NCBI RefSeq assembly: GCF_001194135.2
Contig: NC_069006.1
Coordinates: 4,470,620 to 4,517,830, forward strand
Direction of reading: 5' to 3'
DNA: 47,211 nucleotides
From: Octopus bimaculoides
Lineage: Eukaryota
A program made the translations under genes and the position numbers. Shown here piece after piece: positions 38,801 through 46,904 of the stretch; position 1 is the first letter of the stretch; each line of letters begins with the position of its first letter. The notes below the pieces were generated by a model. That model did no database searches. It had not been told where the DNA came from and saw only the letters and a list, made by a program, of their open reading frames with translations.

Positions 38801-41800
38801 ATAATTCCTGATCCAAAACCATCAATGTGGATAAAAAAAAAGCATCACATTTAGTAGTAATCTAAATGCTAAAGTGTTAAATGTGTGAAATTTGTTTTGT
38901 GCTATTTTTCAAAGATTAAAACAAATATGCTACACATGTATTTTTTTGTTTACTTATTAAGGTCATCTCTACAGATATTCTTTAGAAATTATGGGTTAGA
39001 TGGGTGCTGATGAAGGGGCAAAACCCCTGAAACATGACATACGCTCATTACCCGTTTTTCATCTTTCATCTCATTGTTTACATCTTAGGTGTGGTATATG
39101 AAATGTGCTGCCCGACTGGCTCCCATGCCGGTGACATGTAAAATGCACCATTTGAGCGTGGTTGTTGCCACTGCTGCCTGCCTGACTGGCCTCCGTGCCG
39201 GTGGCACATATAAAGCACCCACTACATTCTTGGAGGGGTTGCTGTTAGAAAGGGCATGCAGCTGTAGAAACCTTGCCAGATCAGATTGGAGCCTGGTGCC
39301 AGTCCTCAGCCAAAACCGTCCAACCCATGCCAGCATGGAAAGCAGACGTTAAACGATGATGATGAACAAAAATCAGTGCTGGCTTTAATTTCTAGAGAAT
39401 ATCTGTAAAGATAACCTAAACAAGTAATGTAAAAGTGCACAGCTAGAATGCAGTATTGACTTCTAAAGACATTTGATATACTTTATAGAGTATTATGGTT
39501 GCACAATGAAATATTCCGTACCTATGAGTCTTCCACAAACTTGGATTTTGTTAACGACTGTTGAATGATGGATAATCTTTTGTATGTTAATGTCAGCAAT
39601 TGTATGCACGTCTTATAACATTGTTTTGCAGCTGTCCTACCAGTCCCGTGACCCAGATTGGTCAAGAGATCTGCGTGACATGTCACAGGTTGCTACAATG
39701 TCTGTAGACAGATGGCTACTCATCTATCCAATGAGCTGTGGACGTATGGCTAAAGACTTAGAGTCCTGTCTTCAGCGTGTTGCCAAACCCCTAGGAATCC
39801 GATATGCTGAACCCTACTGGTAATTAAAATCAACTTTTCAAATTATCTTATTTTATTTGTTTTTTATATATTCATTTGTCTGGGTGTGGCTCTGTGGTTA
39901 TGTTGTTTTCTACCCAACCTTGTGGTTTTTGCAATTGTTTCTTTCAGTTCATGTCTACCAAATCGCATTCTGGAGGCTTTGGTAGACATGAACTGAAACA
40001 AACAATTGCATCATTTTTTTGCTTTTACTTTCCCCCGCCATGGTGGGGCACCGCCTTGAATAGTTTTAATCAAGTGAATTAATTAACCACAGGGGTTATG
40101 TTTTTTTTAAAACCTGTTCTATCTTTTTGCCAAACTGTCAAGTTAGAGACATAGGTGCAGGAGTGGCTGTGTGGTAAGTAGCTTGCTAAACAACCACATG
40201 GTTCTGGGTTCAGTCCCTCTGCGTGACACCTTGGGCAAGTGCCTTCTACTATAGCCTTGGGCCGACCAAAGCCTTGTGAGTGGATTTGGTAGCCGGAAAC
40301 TGAAAGAAGCCTGTCGTATATATGTATATATATATATGTGTGTTTGTCCCCCTAGCATTGCTTGACAACCGATGCTGGTGTGTTTACGTCCCCGTAACTT
40401 AGCAGTTCGGCAAAGAGATCGATAGAATAAGTACTAGGCTTCCAAAGAATAAGTCCTGGGGTCGATTTGCTCGACTAAAGGCGGTGCTCCAGCATAGCCA
40501 CAGTCAAATGACTGAAACAAGAGAGTATGTAAACAAACCAACACTGGATGTCCAGCAGTTGTGGGCCAGAAACACGAACACACACACACACTAAACAAAA
40601 TTCTAGTCACACTCTACCTCCGCTTTCCTAGACTAATTTCTCCTTTCATTCTTTCTTTCTTTGCAAGGTGTGAGATTCAAGGTAACGATGCTTCAGGACA
40701 GGGTTACATATCAGCCATCAAAGAGAAAGTGACAGAATCCACTCAGTTGGTTGTGGCATTAGTGTATGATAACTCCAAAGGCAGATATGATGCAATCAAG
40801 AAATTCTGCTCCATTGACCAACCAGCAGGAAAACCAGGTAAGATGAACTTCTATCCTGTTAGAAATTTGAGTGATGTTACTCTGTCAGCTACGTTTTTAT
40901 GATCGTTAACTCCTCCTAGACTGTTGGTGCAAAGACAACGAAAGTCAAGCCAGGGAATGTCCTAAGGAGGTCTATTTTTTTAAGGGCTGCATAATTGGGG
41001 CTCCACTAACCCTGCTAGTTTTACTGCATTTTAAACAAAGTATATGCTATTGCTGACCAAATCAGAGCAGTGACAATGAATTCCCAGGGAGCGTCGTAAG
41101 AAGGTTCAATTTCTGAAGGGTTTCTTAAATGGGGCCCCACTGACCCCCCTATTTTTAATGTATTTACCTTGCTCTTATGCTTATTGATTACACTATGACT
41201 GGCATCAGTGCTTAGCACATTTGCAGAAATAAGTTTGGGCCTCCTAAATACCTTCACGTACATTCAAATTGAGATAAAGAATTAGAACAGGTACGTTTCA
41301 AGAGGATATTTATATTTTGTAGTTTATGAAACTGGTAAAAGTAATACCTTCAACAATCTGACGGTATAGGGGCCGTACACTATATATGTTTGAATTTTTT
41401 TCAAATGTTTAGCATGTGTAGACTTATGGTCAGATTGTGGAAATTGGGAATGCTGCAGAAAGGACTTAGTCTTTTTTTTTTTTTGTTTTTTTTTTTTGTT
41501 TTGAATACCGTAATCCTCGCCATATCACGGTTCACCTATTGTGTACTGAGTACATTATGGTTCACCTTTCATGCACTCATTACATCTGTAAATTTATATC
41601 GTGGACTCCTCAGTATAACACGGGTTTCTGTTGCCGATAGGTATTTATATTCTTTTAGGTTTTGGAGCGTAACAGCCACGGTAGTCAAGGGATTACTGTA
41701 CTGTCATTTGCTAAAAATAATGCTCTGCCTTTGTGGTTGTTAATTATGTAGTAAGTAAAAATAAAAGTGATAATGAAAAGAAATGTGTTAACATTTTACC

Positions 41801-44606
41801 AAGAAATTGCCTAAAATGAAAAACCACCCTGTGTTCAATATGTGAAGTTGGTCTATTTTACATGTATTAAGGTACTAAAAACTTTTTCTTGAATTTGCTT
41901 TATTCAAATCAGAATGCATCTAATATGGCTGTTATTTATGCCATCCTGCATAAGTGTGGAGGCCCAGTGGTTAGGGCAGCGGACTCGTGGTTATAGGATC
42001 GCGGTTTCGATTCCCAGACCGGGCGTTGTGAGTGTTTATTGAGCGAAAACACCTAAAGCTCCACGAGGCTTCGGCAGGGGATGGTGGCAAACCCTGCTGT
42101 ACTCTTCCACCACAACTTTCTCTCACTCTTACTTGCCGTTTCTGTTGTACCTGTAATTCAAAGAGCCAGCCTTGTCGCACTGTGTCACGCTGAGTATCCC
42201 CGAGAACTAGGTTAAGGGTACACGTGTCTGTGGAGTGCTCAGCCACTTGCATGTTAATTTCACGAGCAGGCTGTTCCGTTGATAGGATCAACTGGAACCC
42301 TCGACGTTGTAAGCGATAGAGCGCCTGCATAAGTGAAATGCTATTAGTAAGAGACATGTACATAGAAATATTAAGTGGTTTCTTTAGGAAGCCTAATGTG
42401 TTAGCACTCAAAGCAGCCATATTCAGCTCGAATATTCTGTTTCTTATTCAAATGGGCCGGGTCCAGCCTCTCACACCTACTCTACATTGTCATTCTAAAA
42501 ATAAATAAATCACCGGGTGCTGGGCCTCGTGGAAGCAATGACGCATGACTGAGATCTTTGGCATTATACCATGCTTGAGAAGAAAACCCATCAAGCCAAG
42601 TAAAATTGCAGTCGTGGCAGATACTGGTGTTGTGCAAACGGCACATAAAAGCACCCCTTACACTCTGTGTGGGTGGGGTTAGGAAAGGAAAGGCATCCAG
42701 CCACAGAAACCATGGAGTCTAGTGCAGCCTTCCAGTGTGCCACCCCAGGTCAAACCGTCCAACCCATTCCAATATGGACAATAGACATTAAATGGTGATT
42801 ATTGAAATCTCAAAATTATGAGATAATTCACAATTATTTCAAAGCAATGCGAATAAATAAGCATTACATTTGACAAAATAATCTGAATGCTAAAGGGTTA
42901 AAGGTAAGCTAGGCTTACTGTCTTTGAAAACAACATACCAAGGTTTGCACGAAAGGTCTGATAGGAAAATCCTGCAAATAATTCAGTAATATTTCACTCA
43001 GTTTTAATTACCAATGTTACTTAATGTAAAATAAATGATAACGAGATTACTGATATTCCCCACTAGGGAGTTCATGTTTTTTAAATAAACATAAGGGTGG
43101 TTTAGGACTGGCAGTGGTAAGGATTCAAGCAGTGTGTTGGGCTTAACAGATACATATGGACCGATTCAAGTCGTATAGAGCATTAAATGTTAATGGTTAA
43201 AATGTTTGAAGGTTTCCAATATTATTATTATATGCACGTGCAAGAGTGGCTGTGTGGTAAGAAGTTTACTTCCCAACCACACCGTTCTGGCTTCAGTCCC
43301 ATTGTGTGGCACCTTGGGCAAGTGTCTTCTTTTGCCTTGGGCCAACCAGAGCCTTGCGAGAAGCACCAGGCTTGAAAAATAAGTTAAGGTGGTGCCCCAT
43401 GAAACAAATGAAAGATTTCTGTTGTTTCCTTAATTTCTTGCATGAGGTGAAAATTCAGAAAAACAAATTTTTTCCTGGTATATCTGTCAAGTGGGTCTTA
43501 TTACTTTAACTGTTGTGTGACTGTATTTCTGTAGAAATACGCTGCCTTAATTATTTATTTTGAAAATGATAAAGAATTTACTAAAATAACTTGGTCATTA
43601 AGCTTTCACAAGCAGATTGTTCCGTTTGTGTTGGTTCCAAACAGTTTTTTTATTTATATTTTTTATTCTTTTTCAGTTCCATCACAGGTAATTGTACAGA
43701 AGACACTAAACAGGAAGAATGTTTTCATGTCAATCGCCACCAAGATTGCCATCCAAATCAACTGTAAGCTTGGAGGAGTTCCATGGTGTGTCACAGTTCC
43801 AGTGAGTTTAACTTCATCATTTCTCTTAGTCTTAAGAAGCTTTGGCAGTTGAAGTTTGTTTGTTTGTATATTAGAATTCTGAAATTGCTGTCTTTGATTA
43901 CTTCTATCACGTTTGTTTACTTCATCAATATTTCATCATTGGCTGAAGACACTTGTCCTACACACCATGCAATAGAACCTTTAACCAGAACCATGTGATA
44001 GGGAAGCAAGCTTCGAAACAACAGATATACCTCTCTGTGTGTGTATTCGTTGCTTTTAATCTACTTTTACATGCTTACATGCACGAGTCAGTTTATTGAG
44101 GCAGATTTTGTATTGCTAGGTGCCCCTGCTGTTGCCACCCTCACTGGTTTCCAAGCGAGGTAATATTTACCCATGGTGAGAGATATTGCAAATGGATGAC
44201 TTTGTATGAGAGTGGCAATCATTTTCAAAAAATTCTGCAATGTCAAGATGAGGAGACATGAATAGGGACACATCTGCACAGTGGTGTAAAATGGATATAT
44301 TCCATAGATTTGTATTGGTTTGGATAGATGGCCATGTGTCAGGAAGAGTTTTTAAAGTTTTAGAAGGGTTTGATTCTTCTGAAATCTGTTTTGTTTATTC
44401 TAACAATTTGTGTCTCTGTTTTCTGTTCTAGATAAAACGTTTCATGATAGTTGGTATTGACCATTACCACGACTCTGCTAAAAAGGGTCATTCAGTTGGT
44501 GGTATTGTGGCAAGTATGAATAATGAGATGACCAAATGGTATTCACGTACAACCTTTCAGACCGCTCATGAAGAACTCTCTTCAAAACTCCATATTGTCA
44601 CACAAA
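14814..44606 (+). CDS. piwi: Piwi-clade Argonaute (PIWIL1/Piwi1-like), spliced CDS, 14 visible coding exons, 3'-partial
   Basis: Joined exons 14814-14891, (<=17709)-17748, 20624-20838, 23207-23331, 24014-24109, 27549-27746, 32647-32755, 33227-33350, 34908-35025, 37775-37889, 39632-39819, 40668-40837, 43677-43801, 44432-44606. All donors are GT and all resolvable acceptors AG, with compatible phases and no stops. Motifs: [72 protein letters not shown].YHD. Confidence 0.97.
15912..16131. mobile_element. piggyBac-like MITE family 2
   Basis: TTAA|CCCTTTCGTTAC...GTAACGAAAGGG|TTAA; TTAA at 15908-11 and 16132-35. Confidence 0.88.
16570..16792 (+). mobile_element. piggyBac-like MITE family 1 (further degraded copies at ~13900, 15590, 16300, 21785, 30690, 38690)
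   Basis: CCTTTAGCATT...AATGCTAAAGGG|TTAA ends; conserved body cagcctctcacacctaccctacaatg...gcattacatttgacag. Confidence 0.85.
16817..17092. mobile_element. MITE with ~55-bp TIRs
   Basis: ttttgttgtgcctggggagagtca...caccggttcaattt vs aaattgaaccggtg...tctccccaggcacaacaaaa. Confidence 0.8.
17709..17748 (+). CDS. piwi: piwi coding exon 2 (5' end at or inside N gap): FVETKPANLTVRQ-G
   Basis: Immediately after the gap; donor caag|gtaatt at 17749, phase 1, joining GT-GTG-TCC (G-V-S) of the next exon. Matches the segment preceding GTxG.PV.L..NYF in Piwi proteins. Confidence 0.8.
17825..19890. repeat. Pair of ~65-bp inverted repeats (17825-17890 / 19825-19890)
   Basis: catgaaagattctttcatggtaaacatcacaacattgtggtttttttaacacatccactt and its reverse complement, few mismatches. 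Confidence 0.85.
20276..20471. repeat. 196-bp near-perfect palindrome (foldback MITE-like)
   Basis: Outer arms ~60 bp (3 mismatches plus a 4-bp indel); inner arms tgtaaaagggggttaggg / ccctaacccccttttacg; short loop. Confidence 0.92.
20624..20838 (+). CDS. piwi: piwi exon 3, N domain: (G)[44 protein letters not shown]...FDGMMLFLPQKLPD
   Basis: Acceptor ttgcag ends 20623, donor gtaagt 20839; 215 nt, phase 1->0. Confidence 0.96.
21108..21290 (-). mobile_element. SINE family A 5' half (similar minus copies at ~26375-26530, 31605-31680, 34540-34720, 43945-44020; tails at ~24785-24965, 32905-33075)
   Basis: gacacttgcacaatgtgccatgctgtgggactgaaccc... is the reverse of the family A head. Confidence 0.8.
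22300..22590 (-). mobile_element. Non-autonomous RTE-tail element
   Basis: catcatcgtttagcgtccactttccatgctagcatgggttggacg...ctggatgcccttcctaacgccaaccac; same family as 36025, 36870, 39095, 44930. Confidence 0.88.
22748..22963 (-). mobile_element. piggyBac-like MITE family 1 (also ~30118-30350 and ~35085-35297)
   Basis: ttaaccctttagcatt...aatactaaaggttaa; body reverse to 16570-16792. Confidence 0.85.
23207..23331 (+). CDS. piwi: piwi exon 4: KLELVSKCNVTDQIYTITVTWRCKVVRTSPTIIQLLNILYK(Q)
   Basis: Acceptor tcacag ends 23206, donor gtgagt 23332; 125 nt, phase 0->2. Confidence 0.93.
23500..23771 (+). mobile_element. tRNA-headed element with degenerate hammerhead-like 3' region, preceded by an inverted copy of its own 3' end
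   Basis: Head 23578-23640 with A box tggcatagttgttaag and B box gagttcgattcc. CTGATGA at 23717. Inverted 3' segment 23500-23574 contains tttcggctg (CAGCCGAAA on the minus strand). Confidence 0.7.
24014..24109 (+). CDS. piwi: piwi exon 5: ILSSLHLVQIGRNYYSIPDEIPRDNKLAQTH(K)
   Basis: Acceptor tttttcag ends 24013, donor gtaata 24110; 96 nt, phase 2->2; QIGRNYY motif. Not present in the supplied ORF track. Confidence 0.94.
25143..25897 (+). mobile_element. Mariner element, 5' TIR plus disrupted transposase, truncated by gap
   Basis: Terminal tgtggtctgatcaataagta after TA repeats. MTEKVEQRICIK start (~25332); DERSGRP...RIPIRELSEDVQISYGSVQSII..DLGMRCVSAKFVPKLLSADQK and, frameshifted, FLKTVIMGDELWVHGYDSKTKAQS. 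Confidence 0.95.
27549..27746 (+). CDS. piwi: piwi exon 6, L1/start of PAZ: LTVFDGIQSSILNYEKGAMLCVDISHKVMRTDTV...LLGKIVLT(R)
   Basis: Acceptor ttttacag ends 27548, donor gtacac 27747; 198 nt, phase 2->2; D.SHKV.R.DTV and G.IVLTR motifs. Confidence 0.96.
27880..28515 (+). mobile_element. RTE-clade LINE 3' end (ORF2 C-terminus plus 3'UTR)
   Basis: LYGSETWGLSMGDLQRLERNEVSMLHWM...LRGKLGIRGI...RRL/WFGHVMCMDEDSCVKK...GRGKPRKTW, followed by the tail ...gccagcatggaaaacgaacattaa. Confidence 0.92.
28516..29954. mobile_element. piggyBac-like element family 2, spanning an N gap
   Basis: TTAA (28512-15)|CCCTTTCGTTACC...GGTAACGAAAGGG|TTAA (29955-58). Confidence 0.88.
31065..31245 (-). mobile_element. SINE family B copy
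   Basis: tctaggtacaaggcccgaaatt...ggaatttgaactcagaac; reverse of 6166-6378. Confidence 0.85.
32647..32755 (+). CDS. piwi: piwi exon 7, PAZ: [36 protein letters not shown]
   Basis: Acceptor acatag ends 32646, donor gtaaga 32756; 109 nt, phase 2->0. Confidence 0.96.
32762..32860. repeat. Compound (AT)n/(AC)n microsatellite, representative of many (1-56, 5133-5166 AG, 7900-7990, 8280-8395, 30400-30436, 31740-31781)
   Basis: Direct reading. Confidence 0.97.
33227..33350 (+). CDS. piwi: piwi exon 8, PAZ: NYGINIRHLDLPMLLSKPKARDIRRGQNTPIYLVPELVVIT(G)
   Basis: Acceptor ccttag ends 33226, donor gtaagt 33351; 124 nt, phase 0->1. Confidence 0.96.
34908..35025 (+). CDS. piwi: piwi exon 9, L2: LDDDVRTNYEIMKDLAQTTRLTPETRVERLKRFIGSTR(R)
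   Basis: Acceptor cttacag ends 34907, donor gtaggt 35026; 118 nt, phase 1->2. Confidence 0.96.
36025..36420 (-). mobile_element. Non-autonomous RTE-tail element, long copy
   Basis: Starts catcatcctcatcgtttaacgtccgctttccatgctagc; contains internal degenerate repeats (tttta[c/t]gtgccacc). Confidence 0.9.
36872..37253 (-). mobile_element. Non-autonomous RTE-tail element, long copy, runs into gap
   Basis: Closely similar to 36025-36420. Confidence 0.9.
37775..37889 (+). CDS. piwi: piwi exon 10, L2: NKEAMDLVEKWKLQLSDNLAAIAGRVLEPEKMYSSTKS
   Basis: Acceptor cttatag ends 37774, donor gtatgt 37890; 115 nt, phase 2->0; W.L...L..I.GRVL.PE motif. Confidence 0.95.
38950..39427. mobile_element. Element bounded by 42-bp inverted repeats, containing a hammerhead-like motif and a nested RTE-tail copy (~39095-39365, +)
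   Basis: 38950-38991 vs reverse complement of 39386-39427, 37/42 identical. CTGATGA-AGGGG-CAAAA-CCCCT-GAAA at 39007-39032. Confidence 0.7.
39632..39819 (+). CDS. piwi: piwi exon 11: LSYQSRDPDWSRDLRDMSQVATMSVDRWLLIYP...LQRVAKPLGIRYAEPY(W)
   Basis: Acceptor ttttgcag ends 39631, donor gtaatt 39820; 188 nt, phase 0->2; DWSRDLR motif. Confidence 0.95.
40154..40521 (+). mobile_element. SINE family A, full-length reference copy (tRNA head, CORE-like centre, microsatellite spacer, 3' tail)
   Basis: A box tggctgtgtggt (40164), B box ggttcagtcc, CORE-like ccttgggcaagtg, tail ...gtcaaatgactgaaacaag. Resembles the octopus CORE-SINE type (family name not confirmed). Confidence 0.93.
40668..40837 (+). 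CDS. piwi: piwi exon 12, MID: CEIQGNDASGQGYISAIKEKVTESTQLVVALVYDNSKGRYDAIKKFCSIDQPAGKP(V)
   Basis: Acceptor ttgcaag ends 40667, donor gtaaga 40838; 170 nt, phase 2->1; RYDAIKK 5'-phosphate pocket motif. Confidence 0.94.
41508..41698. mobile_element. pogo/Tigger-like MITE with TA target duplication
   Basis: TA|CCGTAATCCTCG...CAAGGGATTACTG|TA. Confidence 0.8.
41958..42325 (+). mobile_element. tRNA-derived SINE family C, full length
   Basis: Head ggaggcccagtggttagggcagcggactcg...gcggtttcgattccc; three copies in the window. Confidence 0.93.
42400..42902 (+). mobile_element. piggyBac-like MITE family 1 interrupted by an RTE-tail insertion (~42514-42800)
   Basis: MITE body ...aaataaatcac| insertion |attattgaaatctc...aatgctaaagggttaa; the uninterrupted copy at ~16684 reads aatcacatcattgaaatctc. 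Confidence 0.8.
43677..43801 (+). CDS. piwi: piwi exon 13, MID/PIWI: [41 protein letters not shown]
   Basis: Acceptor tttcag ends 43676, donor gtgagt 43802; 125 nt, phase 1->0. Confidence 0.97.
44432..44606 (+). CDS. piwi: piwi exon 14, PIWI domain: IKRFMIVGIDHYHDSAKKGHSVGGIVASMNNEMTKWYSRTTFQTAHEELSSKLHIVTQ
   Basis: Acceptor ttctag ends 44431, donor gtgagt 44607; 175 nt, phase 0->1. First catalytic Asp (GID) and the Glu of the DEDH tetrad (HEEL) are present. Confidence 0.97.
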
Positions 44607-44929
44607 GTGAGTATTTAGAATTATTGCTGTTTTACTGAACTGCTTTTGTATTACGTGGTGTAACAAAGTTTTATTTATTAGAAATCAAAGGGAAATGACT
44701 ACTATTCACTTCAAACTTTGCTTTTGTCACCTGGACATCAGTGTTTTGAAACTGATCTATTCTTCATTTCAATTTAGACAAGATTCAATGCTGGGTTCCT
44801 GAAGCAGAAATATTGTTATAGAAAATATTCTGCTCAATACTACAGATTTACTTGCCCTTATCCACTTGAACATGTCCCTTAGTGTCTGACAATATGCGCA
44901 TCTCTGAGCAGGAGTTGTTAGGGAGCATC

Positions 44930-45225
44930 ATCATCATCATCGTTAAACGTTCGCTTTCCATGCTAGCATGGGTTGGACGATTTGACCGAGGACTGTCAAG
45001 GTTTCTACAGCTGGATACCCTTCCTAACGCCAACCACTCCGAGAGTGTAGTGGGTGCTTTTAGGTGCCACCGGCACGAGATACTGGCAACGCTCAAAATG
45101 GTGTATTTTACGTGTCACCTGCACAGGAGCCAGTCCAGCGGCACTGACAACGATCTCGCTTGAATGTCTTTACACATGCCATCTGGCACAAGTGCCAGGA
45201 AGGCGATGCTGGGCACAGGTGCCAT
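44930..45225 (-). mobile_element. Non-autonomous RTE-tail element
   Basis: catcatcatcatcatcgttaaacgttcgctttccatgctagcatggg...ggcacaggtgcc. Confidence 0.88.
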
Positions 45226-46170
45226 GACGGTAGAAATAGATTCTTTAGGATTTGAATAATTGTAACGAAAGCAAATTTTGAAGGAAATATTAGTCATTTT
45301 TCATACTTTCTAGGGGTCAGCAAATAGGAAATAACAGTTGCTACTCAAGGACAAAGATTGTTATACAGTGTAATTCAATTTTTTTTGATAAGGTTAAAGT
45401 ACCAGTTGCACACTGGTNNNNNNNNNNNNNNNNNNNNNNNNNNNNNNNNNNNNNNNNNNNNNNNNNNNNNNNNNNNNNNNNNNNNNNNNNNNNNNNNNNN
45501 NNNNNNNNNNNNNNNNNNNNNNNNNNNNNNNNNNNNNNNNNNNNNNNNNNNNNNNNNNNNNNNNNNNNNNNNNNNNNNNNNNNNNNNNNNNNNNNNNNNN
45601 NNNNNNNNNNNNNNNNNNNNNNNNNNNNNNNNNNNNNNNNNNNNNNNNNNNNNNNNNNNNNNNNNNNNNNNNNNNNNNNNNNNNNNNNNNNNNNNNNNNN
45701 NNNNNNNNNNNNNNNNNNNNNNNNNNNNNNNNNNNNNNNNNNNNNNNNNNNNNNNNNNNNNNNNNNNNNNNNNNNNNNNNNNNNNNNNNNNNNNNNNNNN
45801 NNNNNNNNNNNNNNNNNNNNNNNNNNNNNNNNNNNNNNNNNNNNNNNNNNNNNNNNNNNNNNNNNNNNNNNNNNNNNNNNNNNNNNNNNNNNNNNNNNNN
45901 NNNNNNNNNNNNNNNNNNNNNNNNNNNNNNNNNNNNNNNNNNNNNNNNNNNNNNNNNNNNNNNNNNNNNNNNNNNNNNNNNNNNNNNNNNNNNNNNNNNN
46001 NNNNNNNNNNNNNNNNNNNNNNNNNNNNNNNNNNNNNNNNNNNNNNNNNNNNNNNNNNNNNNNNNNNNNNNNNNNNNNNNNNNNNNNNNNNNNNNNNNNN
46101 NNNNNNNNNNNNNNNNNNNNNNNNNNNNNNNNNNNNNNNNNNNNNNNNNNNNNNNNNNNNNNNNNNNNNN

Positions 46171-46510
46171 AACCACATGGTTCCAAGTTCAGTCCCACTG
46201 CGTGGCATCTTGGGCAAGTGTCTTCTATTATAGCCTCGGGACGACCAAAGCCTTGTGAGTGGATTTGGTAGACGGAAACTGAAAGAAGCCCGTTGTATAT
46301 ATATGTATAAGTATATATATTTGTGTGTCTGTGTTTGTCCCAACATTGCTTGACAACCGATGCTGGTGTGTTTACGTCCCCGTAACTTAGCGGTTCGGTA
46401 AAAGAGACCGATAGAATAAGTATTAGGCTTCCAAAGAATAAGTCCTGGGGTTGATTTACTCAACTAAAAGGCGGTGCTCCAGCATGGCCGCAGTCAAATG
46501 ACTGAAACAA
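46171..46510 (+). mobile_element. SINE family A copy, followed by a degraded family B copy (~46530-46745)
   Basis: aaccacatggttccaagttcagtcccactgcgtggc...aatgactgaaac. Confidence 0.92.
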
Positions 46511-46904
46511 TTGAAGAAGAATAAGATTGCAAGCTTGCAGAATCGTTAGCATGTCAGATGAAGTGCTTAACAGCATTTCATCTGTCTCAACATTATGAGT
46601 TCAAATTCTAACAACATCGACTCTGCCTTTCAACCTCTTGGGGTTGATAAAATAAGCAGCAGTCAAGTACAGATGGGTCAGTATAATTCATTTCTCCTTC
46701 CCCTCAAAAAGTGTTGGTCACGTGCTAAAATTTGAAGTCCCTATTATTATAAAGTGACCAACTGGTAAAATAACCCACGTAGAAGGCTCTGGCTGGTCCC
46801 AGTCTATAATTATAACATGCTTTCTCAAGATACTTTGTGCAGTAGGACTAAGCTTAAAACCAAGTGGTTAGGAAGTTAACTACACAACCATACCTATCCT
46901 TGTG

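Noticed and set aside
44432-44606. Catalytically dead Piwi
   Set aside because: The visible catalytic D and E are intact; the remaining D and H lie outside the window, so no claim can be made either way.
608-46463. Long ORFs in the supplied track (e.g. 608-1510, 6389-7471, 28649-29728, 45375-46463)
   Set aside because: They are long only because they run through N gaps; their real parts are repeats or microsatellites.
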